A stretch of DNA of 64,000 nucleotides, from NCBI RefSeq assembly GCF_035084215.1, contig NC_090339.1:25730001-25794000 (forward strand), read 5' to 3'. This document shows, in pieces, positions 23,204 through 36,150 of this stretch. Under the pieces are notes generated by a model. It searched no databases, was not told the origin of the DNA, and was given only the letters and a program-made list of their open reading frames with translations. A program made the translations under genes and the position numbers. The stretch is from Heptranchias perlo. Lineage: Eukaryota. Position 1 is the first letter of the stretch. The number at the start of each line of letters is the position of its first letter.

Positions 23204-25545
23204 ATCATAGACTCTTACAGCACAGAAGGAAGCCATTCGGCCCATCGTGCCTGTGGTGGCTCTTTGAAGGAGTTGTCCAATTTAGTCCCACACCCCAGCT
23301 TTTTCCCCATAATCCTGAAAATTAGTCCTCTTCAAGTACATGTCCAATTGCTTTTTGAAAGTTCCTATGGAATCTGTTTCCACTACCCTTTCAGGTAGTG
23401 CATTCCAGATCTTAACAACCCTCTGTGTGAAAAAATTCTCCTCATTTCTCCTCTAATTCTTTTGCTAATTATTTCAAATCTATGATCTCTGTTTACCGAC
23501 CCACTTGCCAGAGGAAACAGTTTCTCCCTACTTGCTCTATCAAAACCACTCGTTATTTTGAATACCTCTATCTGGTCTCCCCTTACCTTCTCCGCTCTAA
23601 GGAGAACAATCCCAGCTTTCCCAATCTTTCCACATAACTGAACTCCCTCATACCTCATATCATTCTGGTAAACTTCCTCTGTACTCTCTACAAGGCCCTG
23701 ACATCCTTTCTAAAGTGTGGTGCCCAGAATTGTACACAATACTCCAGCTGAGGCATAACCAGTGATTTCTAGCATGATTTCCTTGTATTTGTATGCAATG
23801 CCCCTATTTACAAAGCCAAGTATCCCATACACTTTCTTAACTGCCTTATCAACTTGCCCTGCAACCTTTAAAGATTTGTGAATTTCCACCCCCAGGTCCC
23901 TCTGCTCTTGCATATAAATTATACTGCCGCTCCATATTATTCCTCCCAAAGTCCATCACTTCACACTTATCCGCATTAAATTGCATCTCCCATATGTCTG
24001 CTCATTTCTAAGTCTTTCTGATGTCTGCTACCATTCTGCTCACTATTTACTACTTGCCAAGTTTTGTATCATCCGCAAACTTCAAAATTGTGCTCCCTAT
24101 ACCCACGTCCTGGTCATTTATATATAACAAGAAAAGCAATGGTCCCAATACCGACCCCTGGGGGACCCCACTGCACACTTCTCTCCAGTTAGAAAAACAG
24201 CCGTTCACCACTACTCTCTGCCTCCTATCCCTTAGCCAATTACGTACCCAAGTTACCACCGTCCCTTCAATACCATGAGCTTCTATTTTCTGAATAAATC
24301 TGTTATGTGGTACTTTATCAAATGCCTTTTCAAAGTCCACATATACATCTACTGCACTACCTTCATCAACCCTCTCTGTTACTTTATCAAAGAATCATGT
24401 TAGTCAGATACGATTTGCCTTTAACAAATCTGTGCTGGCTGTCCTTTATTAACCTGTGCTTTTCCAAGTGAGAATTAATTTTGTCCTTGACAATGGTCTC
24501 TAGTAGTTTTCCCACCACTGACATTAGATTGACTGGCCTGTAGTTACCAGGATTATCCCTCTCCCCTAACATCATCCTCTTCTTTTGTTAAGACGGATGC
24601 AAAGTACTCATTCAGTACCTTTAGTCATGCCCTCTGCCTCAACAAGATTTCCTTTTTTGTCACTAATCGGTCCCACCATTCCTTTCACTATCCTTTTATT
24701 TTTATATGTTTATAAAAGATTTTTGGGTTCCCTTTTATGTTACCTGCTATCTTTTCTCATACTCTCTCTTTGCCCTTCTTATATCCCATTTCAATTTCCC
24801 CCTGCACTCTGTATTCTGCCTGGTTTTCTACTGTATTTTGTACCTGACACAAATCTTTTTGTCACAAACCTTTTTCTGTTTTATTTTAACCTCTATTTCC
24901 TTTGTCATCCATGGAGCTCTAGCTTTGGATGCTCTATCTTTCCTTCTTATGGTTTGTACCTGAACTATCTCTGCCTTGAAGGCCTGCCATTGCTCATTTA
25001 CTGTTTTTTTGGCCTATCTTTGTTTCCAGTCCACCTCTGCTAAATCTATTCTCAAATCAATGAAATTGTCTCTCTTCCAATTGAGTATTTTCACCGTTGA
25101 TTTTTTTTTGTCCCTTTCTGTAGCTACTTTAAACCTAATTATATTATGATTACTATTACCCAGATGTTCTCCCACTGAAACATGCCCAACTTCATTCCCT
25201 AGAACTAGATTCAGCTTTCTTCCTTGTTGGGCTAGAAACATACTGATTAAGAAAGTTCTTCTGTACACATTTTAGGAATTCTTCACCCTCCTTGCCCTTT
25301 ACACTCTCTTTTTTCCCCATCTATATTAAGGTAATTCAAGTCCCCTATTATTCCTGCTCTGTTATTTTTACATTTCTCTGAAATTTGCCCACAGATTTGC
25401 TCCTATCTTGTTCTCACTATTTGGGGGTCTATAGTAAACACCCAGCAACATAACTGCTCCTTTTCTGTTCCTTAACCCTAACCATCTTTGAACCCTCTAG
25501 TGTATTGTCCCTCTGTAAAAGTGTAATATTATTCTTGATCCTTAT
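23204..25545 (-). mobile_element. CR1 LINE, degraded ORF2
   Basis: [47 protein letters not shown] and endonuclease remnants; CR1 tail at ~23204. Confidence 0.9.
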
Positions 25546-25744
25546 CAGCTACAATGTTGCATTCCATGTGAAGCTGTTCAATAATAGCAAGAACCAAGCT
25601 GCATTACCTTAGTGCCTCAATGAGATTAAACTGTAATGTCATAAACTAATTTACAATAGATGATTCAGGATATAGGACAGGTGTCAGACTGAGATGCTTC
25701 AAACTAAGCACACTAAAGGAAATGGGAAAACTCTTAAATTTCAC

Positions 25745-25802
25745 CTTGTAAACACTTCTGTATTTCACAGGCCTGTGTCTGGCAGGGGTCTTTGGTAGAC
25801 AT
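25745..25802 (-). CDS. CMC4: CMC4 first coding exon
   Basis: Minus strand: tttttcag|gcacactgccATG TCT ACC AAA GAC CCC TGC...CAA G|gtgaaa, giving MSTKDPCQTQACEIQKCLQ. The joined 60-aa protein has twin CX9C motifs (C7/C17, C28/C38). The non-coding first exon is unresolved; candidate donors are CAG|gtaaag at 27710/27709 and GAA|gtgagt at 27443/27442. Confidence 0.94.
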
Positions 25803-27068
25803 GGCAGTGTGCCTGAAAAAGAAAAAGGGCATATATGGCATTTTTCCCCATTTTTATAGTTGTCTCACTTCTTTTGGTTCCTCTAAATGGTGAGATTGAT
25901 CCTCATGGAAAGTATCTGTTTATCAAAACTATGTTAGACAGCAAACACACACAATTTGATATACCAATGTGCCCAGCTTATTAAACTAGTCTCCTAATAA
26001 CTGGACGGTCCATCTCTAGAACATGTTTTTGAATCCAGTCCAAACTGAGATAAAACTCGCTTCTGTTGGCTGAGAGGATGCTGGCACCTTTATTGAGCTT
26101 GGGACTAAAGTGACAATCTTGTTGACAGAACCGACAAGGACAGTTGGAGAGAGACGAAAATTTATGTATTAGAGGGTATTTTTCTGTGTTTGCGGTAAAG
26201 ATATATTGTCGGGACAGAATAAAGAGCGCTCTATCCTACATCTACCCTGTGAATGCGTGATCTGGGAGATAAAAGTGGAAAAATGTTCCTCTTTTACTTT
26301 TTACAAATGCAAACATTGATCCCCAAAGTAAAAAATATTTTCCTGTGAGTATGATAATTGAGCTAATCAGGTGCAAGTGGGACATATATTTTGCATGTGT
26401 AACATTTTCAAGTGTGATATTTTGAGTTGTGATGGTCACATGCAAAATGCAAGACTTTTAAGTATTTAGATATTTGGAGAAATAATCACTATCCGTGAGA
26501 TGTTTGGAAATTAGCCTATCTTTGTTATAATTAAATAAGATCATGACCAAGACCGCAGCACAAAAGTTGGCAGTGCTGAAGCAAGATACTCATCTTTACA
26601 TTAGAAATGAAAGAACTACATTTAACAAAGTTGGTTTCATCAATCTCCATATTTTGTTTCAATCCAAAAAATTAAGTGGGTTTATACTGCAACTTCTCAG
26701 TTTCTGCTTCACAGTAATCCTAAAGTTTCGGTATCATCCCTGATCTGACTCTGAAAAGAAACAATATGGGACTCCCCAGAGTAGGTAGTTTGACACTGCA
26801 TGGAGTATAACTCTGGTGTCAAACCAGTGGGACACTTTTTAAAGCTATCTGCAGCTAATTTAAATGTTTTAACAACTGGCAAAAGATAAGAGAACTAAAG
26901 TTCCAGTTATGCAGTGTAAACAGGACTCATTGGGACTAGTAGCTACAGTAAATAAAGCATTACATTGTTACCAAATTTGGAACCAAACTGTTCATTTTGA
27001 GAGTGATATCCAGAAATTTTGAAAATGTAAATTTGGTACACAAAGTCCACTTCTTAAAACAGAACACC

Positions 27069-27069
<1 letters not shown>

Positions 27070-27099
<30 letters not shown>
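27070..27099. repeat. (CA)n microsatellite
   Basis: Run of about 15 CA units. Confidence 0.95.
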
Positions 27100-27101
<2 letters not shown>

Positions 27102-27899
27102 CTTGTGTCTTATGACGACGAAGACACTAACTATTAAAGTTTTCAAAGCATTTCCATCAGCACCAAAGAAAACATTAAAACCCAAGTTGTGATTCTATCC
27201 CTGCCCACTGTTTTGGACTTGCCAAATGGTATCTATTCTACCTTAAACCAGGTTCTAGAACATACACTATGCTCTATGAAATCTGTGACATACCTGCTGA
27301 TGCCTCAATGTATTATAATTCCCCAAGACATTTTCTGCTCCCAACCATGACCAGTGACTTTGGGTTAAATATACCTATTTTGGTGTATACCATTAAAAAA
27401 AATCTGTTTGCATTCAGTTTCTCTCTTTGGTCACAGACTCACTTCAACGTTGACAGATCTACAATCACAGGATTAATATTCTTGTTCTACTGATTCTATT
27501 TGTAGTTATTAAAATGGCCATGGCTGGTGGAGGCTTATGCAAACGCAGCTTCCTGGAGTGTCAAGGTGATTTAAATGCAAAAGTTAATACGTTCTCTTTA
27601 GGAGTCATTTTTTTTTTAAAGGTGCCGTAAGCTAACTATTATAAGTGATGTATTTTCCCATAAAGCTGACTTTACTCGGTTATGAAACAGCTCTCTCCCT
27701 CCCCTTTACCTGCTCTGGAAAGCCAATGTCACCTAATAATCTGTTCGGGTTCACCGCAGACGTCGCTGCATTACGAACCCATTAGAAGTAAATATTAACA
27801 TCTTCTCAAACCTGCGTTACCACAGCATGAATAATGTGAATTTCTTCAACCGCAAACTGTAATCACATTGCTTTATCACTCAGTCTGTGTGCCATTGGT

Positions 27900-28043
27900 A
27901 AAATTTCACTCCGTGAATGCCCCGGAACCCAGTTGCGACGCGCTGTTTCCACCCGGTGCCTACTGGTTTCTATATTGTCGGGAAGAGGATCCGGTTTTGT
28001 TAAATTGAGTTTAGCTTCGATTTCCAGCCTTTGCCGGGCGGAA
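27900..28043. promoter_or_regulatory. Head-to-head CMC4/BRCC3 promoter region
   Basis: CpG-rich, with ETS-like ccggaa/gcggaa motifs, between divergently oriented CMC4 and BRCC3 as in the human locus. Confidence 0.65.
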
Positions 28044-28148
28044 ATGGCGGTGTGCGGGGTTCATCTGGACTCGGATGCGTTCCTAGTATGTTTAAATCAC
28101 GCTCTGTCCACGGAAAAGGAGGAAGTGATGGGACTCTGTATTGGAGAG
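28044..28148 (+). CDS. BRCC3: Lys-63-specific deubiquitinase BRCC36, coding exon 1
   Basis: gaaATGGCG start. Encodes MAVCGVHLDSDAFLVCLNHALSTEKEEVMGLCIGE, containing the MPN+ catalytic Glu (EVMG). Donor GAG|gtaccg. Confidence 0.96.
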
Positions 28149-28161
28149 GTACCGATCGAGC

Positions 28162-28270
28162 GTTCCCCTAGCAACCGGGCCGGGAGACTGTCACCCTAGC
28201 AACCGCGCCCCCCTCCCCTCAACTAGGGCCTCATCTTAGCAACGGTGCTGGGGACTGTTACCCTAGCAAC
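28162..28270. promoter_or_regulatory. Cluster of four RFX X-box-like motifs
   Basis: gttcccctagcaac (28162), gtcaccctagcaac (28190), ctcatcttagcaac (28230), gttaccctagcaac (28257). Confidence 0.55.
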
Positions 28271-29493
28271 CGGATCTATTCCTCCCCCTCGTCACAAAAA
28301 TCAAAACTATCACTTTAGTAAGAGAGGCCCAGTCTCTTTACCCCCCCCCCCCAATAGGAACTGGGGTATTACCCTAGGCCATGGGGCATCATTATAAAGG
28401 CTACTGTATCCTCTAACCCGTGATAACCAGGTCAAGCCAGTTGGCACTGCCTGATTTTGTACTGGACCGTCAGTTCTTCAATGGGCAATGGGTGCTTCTG
28501 TTGTGCAGGGATTAATTACTGAGGTTATTGATATTTCAACAAACCAAATCTCAGGACTCAAACCCAACCCCTGCGGAAACAGTATTTTAGTGAGCAAGTG
28601 GTCAATCTATGGAACATAGAGAGACTAAGGAGTTAGTATTAATTAATTCAAATGCAAATTAGATACATTTTCAGAAAATAATATTTTGAGATTTAGTATG
28701 TGAGTAATTTGAAACATGACATATGGCAAGTGTAGCATGCATGGGAGGAACAGGTGACTTTGGACCTATGGTTCCCAAAGCTCTCCACCGCCTGGATTTT
28801 CCTCTCATTATGTCTGAGTCTGTTGTAGACCAATTGATAGAAAGTGATTGCTTTAATTAGTCAACAACTCCACTATCGTATCATGAGACTATCAGGATGG
28901 TAGAAGTCGAACTAGATGGATCCTTGTCTAGCAATTCCTATGTTCCCTGTCTGGCCTGCTGTCCAGTTTTAGACTTGGGGAAAAGGTGGCAGTCCTCATA
29001 CCATCATCCCTTAGTGACTGGACCCTGCCTTATCCCATAGCAGGATTCCCAGGTTCTGATGGGACTCTTGGCAAAGTGTACTTGAGTAGTTTTACACATT
29101 TTTTCCTTCCTAGTAATTTTACCTGTGTATTGTCAAAAACAAAATGCAGCCATAAAATAAAGTATGGAAACATTTCAATAGTGGTGCTAATTTACTACAT
29201 AACAATCAGTTTTGTAGTTAGTTATTCACTTAATTTGTATTGAAAAGCCACCCATGCTCCTGAGTTAGACCGCTTGCATGTGCTTAAAAAGGATTGACTT
29301 AGGCTGTAGATGGGGATAAGGGGGAAACTGTCCCTGTGCAGAGCAAATTTTCAATAGTATTTTTCTGTGCCTGGAGAAATTCCTGTGGTATCTGGGAGTC
29401 CCACTACAGTGAGTAGACCCAGGATTAGCTACTTTGCATTGCATCTTTGGAGCAGGGGAATCTGTTTTATGTCATTTTACACCATTCCTGAGT

Positions 29494-30590
29494 AGTCATA
29501 GAATGGTTACAGCATGGAAGGAGGCCATTAGGCCTGTTGAGTCCGTGCTGGCTCTCTGCAAGAGCAATCCAGCTAGTCTCACTTCCTGCCCTATCCCCGT
29601 AGCTTTGCAAATCTTTTCCTTTCAAGTACTTATCCAATTCCCTTTTGAAAGCCACAATTGAATCTGCCTCCACCACCCCCTCAGGCAGTCCAATCCAGAT
29701 CACAACCACTCGCTATGTTAAAAAAAAATGTTCTCATGTCACCGTTGGTTCTTTTGCCAGTCACCTTAAATCTATGTCCTCTGGTCCTTGACCCCTCTGC
29801 CAATGGGAACAGTTTCTCTCTATCTACTCTGTCCAGACCCTTCATGATTTTGAATACTTCTATCAGATCTCCTCTCAACTGTCTCTGCTCTAAGGAGAAC
29901 AACCCCAGCTTCTCTAATCTATGCACATAACTGAAGTCCCTCATCCCTGGAATCAGTCTAGTAAATCTCTTCTGCACACTCTCTAAGGCCTTCACATCTT
30001 TCTTAAAGTGCAGTGCCTAGAACTGGTCACAATACTCCAGTTGTAAGCGAACCAGTGTTTTATAAAGGTTCATCATAACCTCCTTGCTTTTGCACTCTGT
30101 GCCTCTATTTATAAAGCCCGGGATCCTGTATGCTTTCTTAACCTGCTCTGCCATCTTCAATGATTTGTGCACATATACCTCAAGATCTCTCTGTTCCTGC
30201 ACCCCTTTTAGAATTGTACCCTTTATTTTATATTGCCCCTCCTTATTCTTCCTACCAAAAATAATCACCTCACACTTTTCTGTGTTGAATTTCATCTGCC
30301 ATGTGTCCACCCATTCCACCAGCCTGTCTATGTCCTCTTGACGTCTATCACTATCCTCCTCCCTGTTCACTACACTTCCAAGTTTTGTGTCATCTGCAGA
30401 TTTTGAAATTGTGCCCTGTACACCAAGTCCAAGTCATTAATATATATCAAAAAAAGCAATGGTCCTAGTACCAACTCCTAGGGAACACCACTGTACACCT
30501 CCCCCCAGTCTGAAAAACAGAGAGTTCACCACTACTCTCTGTTTCCTATTAATTAGCCAATTTTGTGTCCATGCTGCTGCTGCCCCTTTC
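29494..30590 (-). mobile_element. CR1 LINE 3' portion
   Basis: WQMKFNTEKCEVI, QRQLRGDLIEVFKI motifs and a CR1 tail. Confidence 0.9.
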
Positions 30591-30991
30591 AGTAATGTCA
30601 GTAATGATGTTGTGATTTATGGTGTTAAAGTTCTGAGAATTGTCTTGATATATCACTGCCTCCATCAAAGGGATTTGAGCCAAAGTATTTGTTCCACTAC
30701 TGATTGAACTCAACAACCGAGTAACTGAGCCCAGAAACTAACTAGTAGCTATCAACGTTCACAACTGGGGGAGGGGGGGCAACAAAGTCAGTTGTCTTTG
30801 TAACCAGACCAGAGGACTTAGTTATGTAGCCCAGTAGCAACCAGGCCTTTGTTAATGTTCTTCTTGCTGTTCCTCAGTCGCCTGGATCTCTATCTTCCTC
30901 ACTGTTCCTTAGCAGCTTGCAATTCTGTACTTGTGTTGGTAATTTCAATTATGAGTACATTCAGATATTTGACAAGTAAATATGTAGAATT

Positions 30992-31446
30992 CCATCACCC
31001 TTGTGCTTGCTGAACTACATTGGCTCCCGGTCCAGGAATACCTCGACTTTAAAATTCTCATCCTTGTTTTCAAATCCCTCCATGGCCTCTCCACTCCCTA
31101 TCTCTGCAACCTCCTCCAGCCCTATAACCCGCCAAGATCTCTGTGCTCCTCCAATTCTTGGCTCTTGTGCACCCCCGATTTTAATCGCTCCACCATTGGT
31201 GGACATGCCTTCAGCTGCCTAGGCCCTAAGCTCTGGAATTCCCTCCCTAAATCTCTCCGCCTCTCTACCTCTATCTCCTCCTTTAAGATGCTCCTTAAAA
31301 CCTACCTCTTTGACAAAGCTTTTGGTCATCTGCCCTAATATCTCCTTATATGGCTCGTGTCAAATTTTCTTTAATAATGCTTCTTTGAAGTGCCTTGGGA
31401 CGTTTTACTATGTTTTAAAGCGCTAAATAAATGCAATTTGTTGTTG
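30992..31446 (+). mobile_element. L2 LINE 3' fragment
   Basis: LAELHWLPV...FKILILVFKSLHG...GPKLWNSLP...LKTYLF followed by an L2 tail. Confidence 0.88.
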
Positions 31447-32733
31447 AAGGTGTGTCTTTAAAGATGAGAAATGACGGCATCAATCATATATTTCACTCCA
31501 ACAGAACAACACAAGAAATTGATTATGGGGTTAATCTCAAATATGGAGGTTTAGGATAATGGAAGAGGGAGGGGTGGGGAGAGAATTAAAGTGTGCATTT
31601 AGTTTCATTTTAATCTGGCATTAATAGTTGAATTAATGGCTAGGTACTAGGATAGGTGCCACCTTAAATGATGTCTAAAATTATAATTGAAGTCGCAACA
31701 CACTTCAGGATCCTTACATAAATGTGCGCAATGCCATGTTTATTTAGCTGCACACTAATCATCCATGTGATATTTGACCCACTACGGTTTTCAGTCAAAG
31801 GGATTTTTGGTTGATTTAAATGTAAGTGCACTTTCTCTAAACAGTTGATGACAGTTATTAGCTTTAATGGACTACTGATGATCTAGATTTAAATTATTCA
31901 AATGCATCCAAGAGTCACAGTAATTCTCCTCAAAATGACATTATTTGTAAGTGTGAATAATGTATTTGCAGTTGCTGCTTTACCGAGAGAACAAATACTT
32001 AACTGGAGAAAATGCCTGGAAATCAGCATGATTGGGCAACTGCTGTATGAATATTTCCAGATATTGCAAGACAACTATAGTATCTAGATTCAATCTAAAA
32101 AGGACAAACTGTCTTTGGGAGAACCTCCGAGGAAATTCCCAACCGGCCCCCTCCACTTCAAGATTGTCAGAAACCCAGTTTACGCCGTATAAACAGGATT
32201 TCCACCAAAGTTATGATGGTCAATCGAAGAACGCCCGAGAAAATTCCCAGCACCTATCAATATTTTTGTGTTTTTAAAAAAAAATTAGAACTTATTGTTT
32301 TATTCAGTTTTATTTTTAGTAAGGTGAAGAATGTTACCAATGGGGAAAAAGAACACTTGCCATTTTAGGCATCTAGTGTTATCATTAAGCACTCCTAGGT
32401 CAGGTATAACATGGATTAGATGCAGCATTCTCTCTATCCTGCTCCAATTATATGTCTTAATCGCAATCTCAGTAGAGTACCCTGTACTACATCAGTGTGA
32501 CATTTCCATTTCCCACACTAGTCGTCTCTCATTGGTTGAAACTGCACAAACTCACTTCAGTTAGGACCTTCACAGTCAGCAGAGAGTGAGGAGATTTTCA
32601 TCTGTTCTGTCTGACTGGATGTGAGACCAGGTTCTAGAGATGAGAAACAGTGTGCTAATCCAGTGCTCCACCAATTCCATTTGATAAGCTAGGAACTAAA
32701 TAGAAGATAATGAATCTCTTCTTTTTTCCTTAG

Positions 32734-32853
32734 GTTGACACAAGCAGGATCGTTCACATTCATTCTGTCATCATCCTACGCCGCTCGGACAAACGCAAGG
32801 ATCGGGTGGAAATTTCTCCAGAACAACTTTCTGCAGCCTCCACTGAAGCCGAG
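32734..32853 (+). CDS. BRCC3: BRCC3 coding exon 2
   Basis: ttccttag|, 120 nt. Encodes VDTSRIVHIHSVIILRRSDKRKDRVEISPEQLSAASTEAE and ends at a U12-type donor |ATATCCTTT. Confidence 0.95.
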
Positions 32854-34066
32854 ATATCCTTTCAGTGACCTCAGAATAGAGATTACTATCATGACAGGCT
32901 CTGGGATTGACCTGGAATCATGTTATTGTTGGCCAGCAACATTATCTACTGCAAATGTTGTTAGATGATTTTTTTCATGTTTTATCGAGACAAGGCATCC
33001 AAATACTGGGGAATAAGGATCTTTTGCACCTAGTGTCCTCATCATGTAGTCCCAGATTGGATACAACATGGATTAGATGGAGAGTAAAGCGTCCCCTCCA
33101 TTGCCTTGTCAAGCAGCCCCAGGTCAGGTACAGCATTTTTTACCATACACTCACATTCAAGGCAACCCACAATTTTCACCCCCCAAAAAATCCATGACCT
33201 CCATATAAATTGAAGGCCGAAATGACAAAATTTCTAATAACCTAAATTCTCCCTTTCATGTAGGTTGGCAGATCCACAGCTATGTTGTCCCTCACTCTCA
33301 TTTCACACAATACATTCCTATCTGCTTATTGCTCCACTACATCAGTGTTGTGATATTTAAATGGAAGTTCTACCTCCTGACTTCAGTCCTGGCTCCTGTT
33401 GCTGATTTTGTATTTCTCCCTGCATCTATCTGCTGGGCTGTCAGCAAATCAGAGGCAGAAGCCTGAACAGGAGTGAAGAGGAAAAATTTCCATTTAAATA
33501 TCACATCACTGGAGCAGTAGCTGACAGTAATAGCCGATAGGAATGCATTGGTATACTGCTGCTGGGTCCATTATCTTTAGAGAAATTGCTCCACTAGAGG
33601 GAAACCCAAGGAACAATGTGATCTACTTACAAAATGGACCCCCCCCCCCCATTCTTGACTCTAAATAAGGACGTAACAATTTTAGTCTTACAGTTGAGTT
33701 TATAAGTTAGATGCAGAATAAAACTCCTAGAAGATGCAGAGTAAAGCTCCTTCTACGCTACTCCATCAAAATAGGAAACAGACAAATTTAAACTTTTTTT
33801 CTATATCGAACTGGGAGGTACTGGGATAAGACAGGAAAATATTTTTTTAAAACTCATAATATTCCTTCACAACCTTATCTTCCTGTGTTTCTTTATAAAC
33901 TAGAATAAGTTCACTTATTTTTGGTGTGCTTTAAGGTTTTGATGTCAGAGGGTTCTAGTGAGGATTGCATTATACAGCAGTTGTGGTGTTGCAGGATTCT
34001 GGGGAATATGCATTGCCCAAAGGTTATGTGATAGAGGTTTCATTTATAATCTTTGACGACTCATAC
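32854..34066 (+). other. BRCC3: U12-type (minor spliceosome) AT-AC intron
   Basis: 5' ATATCCTTT, branch-like tctttgac at 34050-34057, 3' end ...tcatAC. Splicing restores EAE-RLAEM in frame. Confidence 0.9.
33308..33550. repeat. Fold-back (MITE-like) inverted repeat
   Basis: caatacattcctatc / gataggaatgcattg termini and an inner gtgatatttaaatggaa / ttccatttaaatatcac pair. Confidence 0.7.
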
Positions 34067-34154
34067 AGGTTAGCTGAAATGACTGGCCACCCAATGAGAG
34101 TGGTGGGATGGTATCATTCTCACCCACATATCACCGTATGGCCCTCACACGTAG
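34067..34154 (+). CDS. BRCC3: BRCC3 coding exon 3 (JAMM motif)
   Basis: 88 nt. Encodes RLAEMTGHPMRVVGWYHSHPHITVWPSHV, then G|gtaagt; the HxH...S..D zinc-binding JAMM motif is completed in exon 4. Confidence 0.96.
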
Positions 34155-34344
34155 GTAAGTGCATGACTGAACTGTGCATCAAGTAACTGTGGAGCTAACA
34201 TGCCTTGTGTGAGCAGTTTAGAGAGTAGGTATCCTTTGTTAGTGGTGTCTTTTCTCCCCTTTGATCCTTGCTGGTGTACAATTCTACAGGCGCTGACAGC
34301 CTTGCTCAAGTAGACATTTTTTATGTATGAACCAAGACACTATG

Positions 34345-34508
34345 AGAGAGATTTTAATTTGCACCTCCTGTTGGTAAACTTGGTGTTGCAGATTGGCTGT
34401 TTGTTATACACCCTCCCCGATTTTCCTTTCCAATGACTTTAATGGAAAGAAAAATCAGGCGGGGTGTATAACAGATGTCTGATCTGCAACGCTGAGTTTA
34501 CAGCCCGG
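34345..34508. mobile_element. Palindromic MITE
   Basis: Hairpin centred on ccaatgactttaatgg; same centre as the element at 58701. Confidence 0.65.
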
Positions 34509-35384
34509 CTGGGTTTTCTAGCTATTTGACTGTGAGAGGCATCATATCTGAGCCCAATCTTATTCAAACTGGATGTCCACACCACGTGCACTTTCCAGCA
34601 GTGGTCAAAGAATAATAATCAGGCGTGGGAACTCTGGCAGATTTTTTTTTCCTCCTCCTAGCCTCGCAGTTTAGAGCCCAGTTGGAGCATTTCTGTTACT
34701 TTCATTGATTAGCTAACTCAGCACAGACCAGGGACCGTACCTGGAACCTTGTAGTCTAATGGACTCTGGAGTTATTAAAGAGACACTTAAATGATGGGGG
34801 AGCATAGGCTTCCATTTAAAGATGAGCTAGATGAACCAAAAGGCCTTCCTCATTTGTATTTATCATTATGGATGGTTTTGCATTGACCTGCTAATCCATC
34901 TGGGAGCTTTTCCTGGTGTATTTAATTTGTGAGAGATTTTGTAATCTAACACTATCATGCAGCATGAGCACCTGTGGCCTCAGAATATTTTGTTTGTGCC
35001 TATTTAAAAAAAGAGAAAAAGTATGATCCTTTGCTGTTCACTTTTTGTGTGATAGATTGTTTCACTTCTGGGTTTTTATGGTATTTGTCTGCAGGAAGAC
35101 TACTTCCATCTTATGTTGGCTAATGGGATGCTATGCATTGGACCAGAATAAGATTGCACCTTGCCAATAAAATTTCTGTTATGCCCCTACTATGCCAATT
35201 CAGATCCAAACTATGTTAAATCTTTTTGATTAAGGTCATGTGCCTTGAAGGTATTAAATGAACCTCCCTACTCTGCTGGAATAGTTAGGAGTCCATTTAG
35301 CTTGCTTGTCAGTTCAGTATACATATAAATAATCTGTTCAAGAAGCAAAGTTTGATCAATTTCTTACTCTGGTATTTCTGTCAG

Positions 35385-35473
35385 ATGTCCGTACTCAGGC
35401 CATGTACCAGATGATGGACCAGGGTTTCGTAGGGCTGATCTTCTCCTGTTTCATTGAGGACAAGAACACCAAG
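35385..35473 (+). CDS. BRCC3: BRCC3 coding exon 4
   Basis: tctgtcag|, 89 nt. Encodes (D)VRTQAMYQMMDQGFVGLIFSCFIEDKNTK; donor |gtcaat. Confidence 0.95.
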
Positions 35474-35834
35474 GTCAATACCAGCTTTCTATTCTATTGT
35501 GTGTTAGTGCCTCTGATGACAGTTAGTGGTAGTTTAATGCTTCCTCAAAGGGTGGGAGAGAAAGTCACTGGCCTTGATGTTGTCCCTTAGTGGCTGGTTA
35601 TAGAGTGGCATTAGTGCAGCCCTTACCTGCATTTTCAGCTGAGTAATGGTGTCAGATGGACCAAAATAAAAACTTACTAAAGAAAAATGTCTGTACAGAA
35701 ATGACAAGTTACCCTTTTGTGATAATCAAGGCAAGGGATGTTAGTAATCTTAAAATAACCTGCAGATATTGAAAATCTGAAATAAAAATATAGAAAATGC
35801 TGAGAATGCAGATCCATCAGTATCAGTTCTTAGG

Positions 35835-36150
35835 GAGTTCTGCATTGTTGGAGCTGCCATCTTTTGGAGGAGATATTAATCAGGCCTTTTCAGGTGGATG
35901 TAAATGATTCCACAACACCATTTGAAGAAGAGCAGGGAGCGCTCCTGGTTTCCTGGCCAACATTTAGCCCTTAACACCTGCAAAACAGATTAATTGGTCA
36001 TTCATTTCATTTGGACCTTGCTGTACACAAATTGTCTGCTATGTTTGCATACAAAAACAACAGTGACTACGCTTCAAAAGTAATTATTGGCTGTAAAACA
36101 TTTTGGAATGTCCTGAGGACACAAAAAGTGCCATACATATGCAAATTCTT
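35835..36150 (+). mobile_element. Deu-type SINE, degraded
   Basis: gcattgttggagctgccatctt...gaagaagagcagggag...cagtgactacgcttcaaaagtaa, the conserved core shared with other copies here. Confidence 0.6.

Noticed and set aside
27933-28043. 37-codon in-frame extension upstream of the BRCC3 ATG
   Set aside because: Starts at TTG within the promoter; family similarity begins at ATG 28044.
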